In this document: piece after piece, positions 20,274 to 28,907 of the stretch
Layout: every line of letters starts with the position of its first letter
Position numbering within the stretch: the stretch's first letter is position 1
Origin: an uncultured Sphaerochaeta sp.
Lineage (GTDB): Bacteria; Spirochaetota; Spirochaetia; Sphaerochaetales; Sphaerochaetaceae
Length of the DNA: 64,000 bases
Reading direction: 5' to 3'
NCBI GenBank assembly: GCA_946626785.1
Contig: CAMOUY010000001.1
Location: forward strand, 12,116 to 76,115
Translations under genes and position numbers: made by a program
Notes under the pieces: generated by a model
What the model was told of the DNA's origin: nothing
Databases searched by the model: none
The model's input: the letters and a program-made list of their open reading frames with translations, nothing else

Positions 20274-20409
20274 AGCATTTCAGAAATTGAGTGCTAAATA
20301 TAACCCCGTGCCATAAAGAATTGTTGGTTTTTGGACATTTTTCGTGGTATTATTATGATGATTAAAAGAAGATGATTATCTAAAAACAATCATCGACTAG
20401 GAGATGGTT

Positions 20410-21516
20410 ATGAAATTTGTATGTCAGAAAAACGCGATTGTTAAGGAACTTTCAAACGCACTTGACTTCACATCACAGAGAAACACGATTGCAATCTATG
20501 CAAACGTCTGTCTTTCACTTGAAGGTAACAACCTCACCATCAAGGCGACCGACCAGAAGATGAGCTATGTCTCTGAGATGGTCGTTGAGGGAATGCAGGA
20601 CGGAAGCACAACAGTCGTCTGCGACAAATTCCTCAATATCATCAAGAACCTTCCGGAAGACTGCAACATCATCTTCGAGGATGTTGACGAGAAGATAAAG
20701 ATCAATGCAGAGGGAACCTCAATCGAGTTCAAGCTCAGAACCATCGAGGCTTCTGCCTTCCCAAGCCTTTCCTTCGGTGATGAGAACGGATACTTCAGAG
20801 TCTCACAGAAGGACTTCACTGACATGATCAACCAGGTCATCTTCGCTGTCAGCGATGACGAGTCAAAGTACGCAATGAACGGAGCTCTCCTTGAGAAGGA
20901 CGGAAACGGACTTGTCATGGTAGGAACCGACGGAAGAAGACTTTCATACATCAACAGACAGCTTGAGGGTGAGATTCCAGACTTCCCTAAGGCAACCATT
21001 CCTAGCAGATTCCTCAATGTGATCAGAAAGCTTTCAGTAGGTGAGGGTGACTTCGATGTCAATGTCGAGGCAAATTCAATCTCACTTAGATTCGGAAGCT
21101 GCACAATCTCCTCTTCACTGATCAAGAACGACTTCCCTGCATACAAGAGAGTCATTCCAGAGAACCAGAGCAGAGTCTGCATTGTGAACATCGAGGATCT
21201 AAGCAATGCAATCAAGAGAGTCTCACTCCTGGTCGAGAGCAAGTACAAGAAGCTTGTCATGGAGTTCGATGAGAACAAGCTGACAATCTATTGTGACGAG
21301 AGCGATGTCGGAGCCGGAAGAGAGGAGATCGCCTGCAAGTACGAGGGTGAGCCTCAGAGATGTGCAATGAACTACACCTACCTTCTCAGTCCGCTCAAGG
21401 TCATGGACGGAACAGAGGCCAGAATCGAGTTCAGCGAGCCTGGCAGACCATTCACCGTCAAGTCAGAGCCTGAGAGGGACTACCTGCATGTCATCATGCC
21501 GATGAACCTCAACTGA
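20410..21516 (+). CDS. dnaN: DNA polymerase III beta sliding clamp
   Basis: ~368-aa ORF directly after dnaA with a typical three-domain length. The AGGAG RBS is 6 nt before ATG 20410; the track start 20404 abuts the RBS. Confidence 0.9.
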   Translation: MKFVCQKNAIVKELSNALDFTSQRNTIAIYANVCLSLEGNNLTIKATDQKMSYVSEMVVEGMQDGSTTVVCDKFLNIIKNLPEDCNIIFEDVDEKIKINAEGTSIEFKLRTIEASAFPSLSFGDENGYFRVSQKDFTDMINQVIFAVSDDESKYAMNGALLEKDGNGLVMVGTDGRRLSYINRQLEGEIPDFPKATIPSRFLNVIRKLSVGEGDFDVNVEANSISLRFGSCTISSSLIKNDFPAYKRVIPENQSRVCIVNIEDLSNAIKRVSLLVESKYKKLVMEFDENKLTIYCDESDVGAGREEIACKYEGEPQRCAMNYTYLLSPLKVMDGTEARIEFSEPGRPFTVKSEPERDYLHVIMPMNLN

Positions 21517-21525
21517 CAGAACTAG

Positions 21526-22623
21526 ATGTTGATTAAGAGACTGGTTCTGGATGGGTTTCGAAACATCCAGGACCATGAGATAGACACAGCAGCCAAGCAG
21601 ATAATACTCACAGGAGAGAACGGGCAGGGAAAGACAAACCTGCTCGAAGCTGTCTATATACTCTGCTACGGTACATCCTTCAGAACCCAAAATCTCAAGG
21701 ATGACATAACCTATGGCAATGATCATTTCTACATCAGCCTTGTCTTCGAGGACTCCCAAGGTCTGGACAGGAAGGTTGAAATCTCTTTCGACTCCGGAAA
21801 GAAGCACATAAAGATCGACAACAAGGAGATCCGCGACAGAAAGGAGCTGATCTACTGCCTTCCATGCATAGTATTCTCACATGATGACATCGAGTTCGTC
21901 CGTGGTGAGCCTGAGAACAGAAGAAAGTTCTTCGACCAGACCATGACCATGTACGATCCTGTCTTCTTCGATGACCTGAGAAGATACAAGATGGTCCTGA
22001 AGCAGAGAAACGCTGCAATAAAAGACCAGAGATACGAGCTTCTTGACATCTACGACCAGAAGCTTGCCATGTATGGAATCCCTATCATCAAGGCAAGGTC
22101 AAAGGTATGTGCCTCTTTCTCTGCACTTTTTCCTGACATCTACAACGCTGTGACTCAGATGGACAGTGGAATAGACATCAAGTACAGACCATCCTGGGGA
22201 GAGGACCTAAGTGTAGATGACATTCTCCAGAAGCTTCTCGAACAGAGGGAAGTGGACAGGAAGATGAACACCACAACCAGCGGCCCTCACCGTGACAGAT
22301 TCATACTCACAGACAGAAACGGCCTCTTCATCAATTCCGCATCGACCGGACAGATGAGGCTTTCATCCCTTGTCTTCAGGTCGGCCCAGGCCTCCTTCTA
22401 CAGACAGAAGACGGGTGAGAATCCTATATTCCTTATAGATGATGTCCTTCTTGAGCTTGATTCACAGAAAAGAGCAAGATATCTCTCATATCTAGGACAT
22501 TATAATCAGGCCTTCTTTACCTTTCTGCCGGAAGAGAAGTACTTTGGATCTCTCTTTGACATAAACGGCAGTGATGTGAAACGATACAAGGTAGTCGAAG
22601 GAAGGTTCATAAATGAAGACTGA
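21526..22623 (+). CDS. recF: DNA replication/repair protein RecF
   Basis: It has the Walker A motif GENGQGKTNLLEAVY, the SMC-like signature SGPHRDRF and the Walker B motif IFLIDDV. Confidence 0.9.
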   Translation: MLIKRLVLDGFRNIQDHEIDTAAKQIILTGENGQGKTNLLEAVYILCYGTSFRTQNLKDDITYGNDHFYISLVFEDSQGLDRKVEISFDSGKKHIKIDNKEIRDRKELIYCLPCIVFSHDDIEFVRGEPENRRKFFDQTMTMYDPVFFDDLRRYKMVLKQRNAAIKDQRYELLDIYDQKLAMYGIPIIKARSKVCASFSALFPDIYNAVTQMDSGIDIKYRPSWGEDLSVDDILQKLLEQREVDRKMNTTTSGPHRDRFILTDRNGLFINSASTGQMRLSSLVFRSAQASFYRQKTGENPIFLIDDVLLELDSQKRARYLSYLGHYNQAFFTFLPEEKYFGSLFDINGSDVKRYKVVEGRFINED

Positions 22624-22981
22624 AGAGAAGAAACCTAAGACAAGAAGGCAACCTCTGAGGAATAAGGACAACTACAACCGTCTGGAACCAGAGGATCCCA
22701 TCTCCGGAGAAGCCTACTTCGACCAGGTTCTTGACAGGTTCGACATAGACCTCGGAAACCCTTCAAACCAGATTTTCATTCACTGGAACGAGCTTGTAGA
22801 CCCTTCGATTGCAGAGCATTCACGGCCTCAGAAGCTGAAGGATGGTGTTCTTTATCTGATATGCGACCATCCCTCAAGGGCCTCCTATATAAGGCTCAAC
22901 GCCAGGGAGATAGTCAAAAGCATAAAGGGTGTGTATCCCGAAGTTGATTTGAAGAAAATAGTTACAAGAATCCGCTACTGA
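22613..22981 (+). CDS. DUF721 (DciA-like) protein
   Basis: 122-aa ORF overlapping the recF stop by 11 nt. The segment WNELVDPSIAEHSRPQKLKDGVLYLICDHPSRASYIRLNAREIV matches the DUF721 pattern as I remember it, and the position after recF is conserved. Confidence 0.65.
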   Translation: MKTEEKKPKTRRQPLRNKDNYNRLEPEDPISGEAYFDQVLDRFDIDLGNPSNQIFIHWNELVDPSIAEHSRPQKLKDGVLYLICDHPSRASYIRLNAREIVKSIKGVYPEVDLKKIVTRIRY

Positions 22982-22991
22982 TTATCACCAC

Positions 22992-23021
22992 TTGACGAAA
23001 GACAAATATTGTATTTATACT
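22992..23021 (+). promoter_or_regulatory. sigma70-like promoter for rpmH-rnpA-yidC-jag
   Basis: TTGACG (22992-22997), an 18-nt spacer, then TATACT (23016-23021), about 80 nt upstream of rpmH. Confidence 0.45.
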
Positions 23022-23100
23022 CAAGTGCTCAGATTGCGTTCATGGAACGTGGTCTAAAAAACGAAAATCCCGCTTTAAGCGATTATATGGAGATAAAACC

Positions 23101-23268
23101 ATGAGTTACAAAGGCAAGAGAACCTATCAGCCAAGTAAGATTAAGAGAAACAGAAAGTTTGGATTCAGAGCCCGCATGGCAACAAAGGGCGGTCGTTTGG
23201 TACTGGCAAGAAGAAGAGCTAAGGGCAGACACAGTCTCACAGTCTCTGATGAGAAGAAGCCTTACTAA
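23101..23268 (+). CDS. rpmH: 50S ribosomal protein L34
   Basis: Not in the ORF track (55 aa). My translation is [64 protein letters not shown] lies upstream. Confidence 0.92.
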   Translation: MSYKGKRTYQPSKIKRNRKFGFRARMATKGGRLVLARRRAKGRHSLTVSDEKKPY

Positions 23269-23602
23269 GAAGCAGATAATCAGATCAAAAGCAGAAATTG
23301 ACAACGTCTTCAAAGCAGGAAAAAGAGCATCTCTTTCCTGCTTTAAGTTGTATGTGGCAAAGAACTGCCTTGAGTACAGCAGGATGATTGTCATCCCTGC
23401 AAGACACTATGGAAATTCAGTCCAGAGAAATCTCATCCGACGTCAGGTAAAGGAAATCTGGCGAACAAACCAGGATAAGTTACCCTCTGGTCTGGATTTT
23501 GTTGTCATTGTGTACCCGATGCGCAAGGCAGAGACCACTTTTGAGAACAAGCAGAAAACTTTACTCGAGCTTTTCATGAAAACCATCCCACTTGATGGAT
23601 GA
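23249..23602 (+). CDS. rnpA: ribonuclease P protein component
   Basis: [24 protein letters not shown]...[12 protein letters not shown], basic and 117 aa long. It overlaps the rpmH 3' end by 20 nt. The track ORF starts artefactually at 23159. Confidence 0.85.
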   Translation: MRRSLTKKQIIRSKAEIDNVFKAGKRASLSCFKLYVAKNCLEYSRMIVIPARHYGNSVQRNLIRRQVKEIWRTNQDKLPSGLDFVVIVYPMRKAETTFENKQKTLLELFMKTIPLDG

Positions 23603-23634
23603 TTTTCTGTTTTTATCTGATCCAGGAGTAAAAG

Positions 23635-25521
23635 ATGGATAAGAAAACAATTCTTGCAATAGTGCTGGTTGTAATAGTTATTACGGTCAGCATGACTATA
23701 CAGACAATGTTCTTCTCTCCGAACACCGCTGACACCACAGCAAACACAGCAACAACGGCAACACCGACTGCTGATGTTACAACTGATGGTACACAGTCAA
23801 CGGAGAGCAGCATAAACGAAGAGGAAGTGAAGGCAATTGCTGTTTCCACTACGAACAACAGCACCGAGCAGTTCGTATTTGAGACAGACCTCTACACAAT
23901 CACCTTTGATCCAGTCGGCGCAAGCATCTCATCACTGATGTTGAAGGAGCATGCAGCTGCAGACGGAGAAAGGGTCGACATGATATTCAGAGGTGAGAAT
24001 GACAACAATGCATTCCTCATGTACTGGGGTGACGACAAAACCAATCCGATTCTTGATGCATTCAGCTACACCGTCGACGGCCAGAAGGTCATCTTCAGCA
24101 ACAGCTACAAGGATGCCAACGGCAAGAGCTTCACAATCGTGAAGACATTCGAGTTCAAGGATGGTGAGTACCTCTTCGCAGTCACTGTGGATATCCTTGG
24201 TGATGGTGACTTCGGTGGCCTGAACACCAATGGATATGCTTATACTTTGGCATATGAGCCACAGGTAGGCCCTGCTTTCACTCAGATGAAGAACAGCGCC
24301 TATGATTATAGAAGAGTGTATGTGGACATGTACAAGAACAATGGAAAGCTCAAGAAGTCAACGGTCAAGTTCTCCAATGGAACCTACCAGACAACAAACC
24401 AGCTCCAGTGGATCAGCGTCACAAGCAAGTACTTCACAGTAGTTGCACTGCCTGAGGACAACACACTCTCCTACAAGTACAGCGCAAAGCAGAGCACAGA
24501 CGGTGACATCGCACAGAGCGACAGCCTGTACGTCTCACGTCCGGCTACAAGTGGAAGCACAGAGGATACCATCTACTTCTATGCAGGTCCTCAGCTTAAG
24601 GCATACCTTACATCCTACTACAGTGGAATGGACAATTCCTGGGGACTCAGAAATACAAATCTTGATGATGCAATGGAAGCAGGATCAATGTTCAGCTGGC
24701 TTGAGAACATCCTGAAGTGGTGTCTCAACATTCTGTACAAGATCATTCCGAACTATGGTGTTGGAATCATCCTCCTTACAATAATCATCAAGATTCTCCT
24801 GTGGCCGCTGACAAAGAAGAGCACAGCATCAACAGCAAAGATGGCAGCACTGCAGCCTCAGCTGAAGGAACTCCAGGAGAAGTACAAGGACAATCCTCAG
24901 AAGCTCAACCAGGAGACTGCAGCCCTCTACAAGGAGGCAGGTGCAAGTCCAATGGGTGGATGTCTTCCGATGCTGCTCCAGTTCCCGATCATCATTGCAA
25001 TGTACGGACTGCTCAACAAGCACTTCGAGCTCCGCGGTGCAATGTTCATCCCTGGCTGGATCACAGACCTGTCAGTTCCTGAGACGATAGCAACTCTTGG
25101 ATTCAACCTTCCGTTCCTTGGAAACGAGATCCACCTCCTGCCGATTCTCTACACAGTCAGTATGATCTTCTCAATGAAGATTACACAGGCTCAGCAGGGT
25201 GGTTCAAACCAGCAGGGCAAGGGAATGACAGCATTCATAACATACGGAATGCCGATACTGTTCTTCTTCATGCTGTACAGCGCACCTTCCGGACTTCTTC
25301 TCTACTGGTCAGCACAGAACGTCCTCTCCATGGCCCAGCAGTTCTACACGAACGCAAAGACCAAGAAGGACCCTGATGCCTTCGTAAGCAAGAAAAAGAA
25401 GCAGCAGTCAGAGGATGCCAAGGTTCCTGAGGCAGTCAGAAAGTATCAGGAGAAGCTCAAGAGACTTGAGGAAGAGAAGGCCCGCCAGCAGAAGGAAGCG
25501 GCAAAGAACAAGAAAAAATAA
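23635..25521 (+). CDS. yidC: membrane protein insertase YidC
   Basis: 628-aa ORF with an N-terminal TM helix, a large periplasmic domain and the conserved 60-kDa-IMP core (GVGIILLTIIIKILLWPLT...MGGCLPMLLQFPI). It has a Lys-rich C-terminal tail. Confidence 0.92.
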   Translation: MDKKTILAIVLVVIVITVSMTIQTMFFSPNTADTTANTATTATPTADVTTDGTQSTESSINEEEVKAIAVSTTNNSTEQFVFETDLYTITFDPVGASISSLMLKEHAAADGERVDMIFRGENDNNAFLMYWGDDKTNPILDAFSYTVDGQKVIFSNSYKDANGKSFTIVKTFEFKDGEYLFAVTVDILGDGDFGGLNTNGYAYTLAYEPQVGPAFTQMKNSAYDYRRVYVDMYKNNGKLKKSTVKFSNGTYQTTNQLQWISVTSKYFTVVALPEDNTLSYKYSAKQSTDGDIAQSDSLYVSRPATSGSTEDTIYFYAGPQLKAYLTSYYSGMDNSWGLRNTNLDDAMEAGSMFSWLENILKWCLNILYKIIPNYGVGIILLTIIIKILLWPLTKKSTASTAKMAALQPQLKELQEKYKDNPQKLNQETAALYKEAGASPMGGCLPMLLQFPIIIAMYGLLNKHFELRGAMFIPGWITDLSVPETIATLGFNLPFLGNEIHLLPILYTVSMIFSMKITQAQQGGSNQQGKGMTAFITYGMPILFFFMLYSAPSGLLLYWSAQNVLSMAQQFYTNAKTKKDPDAFVSKKKKQQSEDAKVPEAVRKYQEKLKRLEEEKARQQKEAAKNKKK

Positions 25522-25539
25522 TTCGAGGCAGAGATATAT

Positions 25540-26274
25540 ATGACTAGAGATTTTGAAGGTAAGACAGAGCAGGATGCCATCAATCAGGCTATTGAAGCCC
25601 TCCATATCGAGCGCGAGGACTTTGATGTAGAGATTCTGGACAATGGTCGCAGAGGTCTTTTCAAGAAGGCCAACGTTAAGATCCGTGTCCACATCGACAG
25701 CAGCATCGAAGAGGAGGAGCCACAGGCTCCATATGAGGCTGATGAACAGCCGACCGAGGAAGCGGACTACAACGACTATGATGATGCAGAGGAGGAAGAG
25801 GACCTCGAGCCGAACGAGGAGCTTGAGAGCCAGGTCTGTGCATTCATCGACGAGATGGTCGCCCACATGGGATATGAGAGCAAGACAACGGTCTCTTCCC
25901 GCAAGGGCAAGAAGGTCAACCTTGACATCGCATCCGATGACAGCAACATCATCATTGGAAGAAAGGGCAAGAACCTCGATGCAATCCAGGTGCTTGCAAA
26001 TGTGTTCGCAGGAAAGATCGACAATGACCGCAAGATCATCGTCGACAGCGAAGGCTACAGAATCCGCCACGAGGAGCAGATCATCAAGAATGCATACAGA
26101 ACTGCAATGCAGGTCAGAAAGACCGGAAGATCACGCCTCCTTGAGCCTATGAATCCGTACGAGAGAAGACTTGTGCACACAGCTCTTAACGATGTCACAG
26201 GCATCGAGACAAAGAGCGAGGGAGAGGGTCTCTACAAGCAGGTGCGCGTCATCAGCAAGAGAAAGAGATACTGA
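25540..26274 (+). CDS. khpB: Jag/KhpB RNA-binding protein (KH + R3H domains)
   Basis: It has an N-terminal Jag_N domain, an acidic linker, a KH-like IIGRKGKNLDAIQ segment and an R3H segment (PMNPYERRLVHTAL). Its position after yidC is conserved. Confidence 0.82.
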   Translation: MTRDFEGKTEQDAINQAIEALHIEREDFDVEILDNGRRGLFKKANVKIRVHIDSSIEEEEPQAPYEADEQPTEEADYNDYDDAEEEEDLEPNEELESQVCAFIDEMVAHMGYESKTTVSSRKGKKVNLDIASDDSNIIIGRKGKNLDAIQVLANVFAGKIDNDRKIIVDSEGYRIRHEEQIIKNAYRTAMQVRKTGRSRLLEPMNPYERRLVHTALNDVTGIETKSEGEGLYKQVRVISKRKRY

Positions 26275-26299
26275 TCCTAAAAAAATTAAGAGAGTTGAA

Positions 26300-26336
26300 G
26301 AAGGGATTGTCATGAAGGCAGTCCCTTCATTTTTTT
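26300..26336 (+). terminator. intrinsic terminator after jag
   Basis: GAAGGGA...TCCCTTC forms a 7-bp stem with a 15-nt loop, followed by ATTTTTTT. Confidence 0.55.
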
Positions 26337-26372
26337 AGGCAGGTGATTTAGAATCACAGCAGGAAGCAGCCA

Positions 26373-27455
26373 ATGAGGAAGAGCATAAAGACAGGTTATC
26401 TTATTGCAGCGCTATGCGTAGCCATAGCCTTCCTTGTCGCTGTCCTTGCCCTTGCAAAGTCAGAGGAGAACCACTACGCAGATATACAGCTCTCTGCTGC
26501 CAAGAGGATGGCTGAGGCAGAGGAATACCTGAAGTCGAAGATCCAGGAGAAGGGTATAGAGGTCCAGGAGAATGACCTCAACAAGACCTACCTGATTGGT
26601 CCTGACTACACAGAGCTTACAACAACCCTGGGCAACCTTGAGGCCAAGAGGACAAGCCTGGACCCGAACTTCGCAGCCGCAATGGTCAGATACTATCAGC
26701 AGGCGGGACTAAAGAAGGGGGACATCGTAGCAATAGGTTCCAGCGGATCCTTTCCCGCCCTTGCAATGGCTACAGTGATAGCTGCAAAGGAGTACGGCCT
26801 CAAGACAAAGGTCATAGCAAGCCTTGGAGCCTCCACCTATGGTGCGACAAGGGTTGAATTCAACATCTTCGATTTCCTTATTTGCCTAAGGGACGCAGGC
26901 TATGCTGACTTCGAGCTCCTTGCAGTCTCCCGCGGTGGCGAGCATGACTACGGAGAGGGTGCCATGGAAGGTCTTCTGTTCGAGGGCTCCAAGGAGTTGA
27001 CCTACAACATCTGCCAGACTGTGGCAAACGAGACAGGAGCAGAGTACCTTGTCTATGACAGTCTCGTGGACAACGTAAGCAGAAGACTTGAGCTCTATGG
27101 TGACATTGACATGTTCGTCAACGTCGGCGGTGCAGCGGCGAACAGCGGAGCCGGCATGACAGGTCACAGCTTCCCCTATGGCCTTGTGCTTGAAAGGCAG
27201 ATCCTCCCTAACGTAGAGGTAAAAGGTCTCTGCTACGAGTATTCTGCAAAGGGAATCCCTGTTCTGAACCTTCTGAATGTTAAGCAGCTGGCGGCGGAGA
27301 ACGGCATAACCTTCGATCCGGTGCCTCTTTTAGAACCCGGGGACAGCGGTGTCTACTCAGAGACCAGATACAGCCTTGTGCTGATCATTCTGGGGATAGT
27401 AAGCACCACTGCCATACTTGTAGTTGGAGCTGTTCTCTCAAGAAAAAAGAGATAG
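26373..27455 (+). CDS. hypothetical bitopic membrane protein (N- and C-terminal TM anchors)
   Basis: 360-aa ORF. It has an N-terminal hydrophobic helix (GYLIAALCVAIAFLVAVLAL) and a C-terminal helix (LVLIILGIVSTTAILVVGAVL). Codon usage matches its neighbours. I cannot assign a confident family. Confidence 0.5.
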   Translation: MRKSIKTGYLIAALCVAIAFLVAVLALAKSEENHYADIQLSAAKRMAEAEEYLKSKIQEKGIEVQENDLNKTYLIGPDYTELTTTLGNLEAKRTSLDPNFAAAMVRYYQQAGLKKGDIVAIGSSGSFPALAMATVIAAKEYGLKTKVIASLGASTYGATRVEFNIFDFLICLRDAGYADFELLAVSRGGEHDYGEGAMEGLLFEGSKELTYNICQTVANETGAEYLVYDSLVDNVSRRLELYGDIDMFVNVGGAAANSGAGMTGHSFPYGLVLERQILPNVEVKGLCYEYSAKGIPVLNLLNVKQLAAENGITFDPVPLLEPGDSGVYSETRYSLVLIILGIVSTTAILVVGAVLSRKKR

Positions 27456-27521
27456 TCTGCTCTTTGTTTACTTGCCGAAAAATATGATGTAAAATTTAAC
27501 ATCAGATTTTTGGAGGTGACA

Positions 27522-27779
27522 ATGCCTAACATCAAACCAATATCCGATTTCAGAAACTACTATGATGTCTTCGCTGAAGTCCATGAGAACGAACCCGTCT
27601 ACGTCACAAAGAACGGAAGGGGCATGTATGTGGTCTCCACAATTGACGAGTATGAGGAATACCAGAGGCTCAAGGCTGCCATGTGGCTCAAGGCTGAACT
27701 GGAGCGGACAGAGAAAAGGGATGAAAGGGAAGGTCTTCTTTCAGAGGATGAATTGAAGGAGAGGCTCAACATCAAATGA
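27522..27779 (+). CDS. type II antitoxin, Phd/YefM family
   Basis: MPNIKPISDFRNYYDVFAEVHENEPVYVTKNGRGMYVVSTIDEYEEY matches the Phd/YefM N-terminal pattern. A GGAGG RBS lies 5 nt upstream. The 4-nt ATGA overlap links it to the toxin gene. Confidence 0.75.
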   Translation: MPNIKPISDFRNYYDVFAEVHENEPVYVTKNGRGMYVVSTIDEYEEYQRLKAAMWLKAELERTEKRDEREGLLSEDELKERLNIK

Positions 27780-28105
27780 GGATTCTTTATTCAAGGGATT
27801 TCGAGGAAGACCTGAGGAGTATAATCGACTACATCTCGGACAAGCTTCAGAACAGAAAGGCTGCGGATGATCTTTTGAAAAGGATCTTCGAAGATACTTC
27901 CAGATTGAAGGAGAGTCCATATATTGGAATTCCTCTTTCTTCTTTGTTCCAGACGAGTAACTCTTGGCAGTATAGAAGAATAGTTGTAGGCAACTACATT
28001 GTGATATATAGATTTTCTTCAGACGTTATAGTTGAAAGGGTCTTCTACGGTAGAAGGGACTATATCAAGTACTTGTTTTCAGAAGATGAAAATGATGTTC
28101 TATAA
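27776..28105 (+). CDS. type II toxin, ParE/RelE family
   Basis: 109-aa ORF. FEEDLRSIIDYI...ESPYIG...YRRIVVGNYIVIYRFSSDVIVERVFYGRRDY fits the ParE/RelE fold pattern. Confidence 0.75.
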   Translation: MRILYSRDFEEDLRSIIDYISDKLQNRKAADDLLKRIFEDTSRLKESPYIGIPLSSLFQTSNSWQYRRIVVGNYIVIYRFSSDVIVERVFYGRRDYIKYLFSEDENDVL

Positions 28106-28117
28106 AGGTTTTAATAA

Positions 28118-28831
28118 ATGAAAAAAGCAAGATATTTAATCATTATAAGCCTTCTTTTGTTGGTTTTATTGCTTTGCTCCTGCAATCAGGACGACAGTGT
28201 GAGCAAAGGCTCCTATGAAAACATGTATGCCCACCTTGTCCAGATGTGGGCCTACAACGTCCAGAACGGCGACGGCACAGCGAAAATAGCCTTCTACGGT
28301 GATTCAAGGGTTGCAGGAGCCGACTGGTATTCCTCCTATCCTGACTATGATGTGGTGAACCTTGGCATCGGCGGCGACAAGGTCGAGCAGACCCTTACCA
28401 GACTTTCCCTTCTTGATGCCTATGAGGTGAAGTACTGCTTCCTTGCAATAGGCGGGAACAACGCCCTGAGCGACAGCTTCGACGCTGCCTCGTTCCGCAC
28501 AAACTACGACAAGCTTCTGACAGAGCTTGGGAACAGGAACATCACAGTCTATGTGAACACCGTAGCAGGCGTGACGAAGGCAAGGGCCTCTGAAAGCAAG
28601 AAGAACGCCAAGAAGAGCAACAACATCAAGACGGTGAACTCAATAATCACGGAGCTTGCCACCGCCCACAACATGGAGATCATCGACATGGCAAGTCTAA
28701 TGAACGACTCCGACGGTTATCTCAAGGACCAGTATGCATACTCGGACGGAGTGCACTTCAGCGATGCCGGAAACCAGTATTGGTTCGACACCCTAGAGTC
28801 CTATGTCAAGGCGGCCAACGAGGCCCTCTGA
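28118..28831 (+). CDS. SGNH/GDSL-family hydrolase lipoprotein
   Basis: It has a signal peptide with a lipobox (LLLCSC), block I (FYGDSRV), block III (LAIGGNN) and block V (DGVHFSDAG). Confidence 0.75.
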   Translation: MKKARYLIIISLLLLVLLLCSCNQDDSVSKGSYENMYAHLVQMWAYNVQNGDGTAKIAFYGDSRVAGADWYSSYPDYDVVNLGIGGDKVEQTLTRLSLLDAYEVKYCFLAIGGNNALSDSFDAASFRTNYDKLLTELGNRNITVYVNTVAGVTKARASESKKNAKKSNNIKTVNSIITELATAHNMEIIDMASLMNDSDGYLKDQYAYSDGVHFSDAGNQYWFDTLESYVKAANEAL

Positions 28832-28907
28832 CCAGAACCTTGCCGATTGAACACCTTTTTATTAAATTTGACAGGATTTCTGAGATTATTTTTTCTGGAG
28901 GAGAAAC

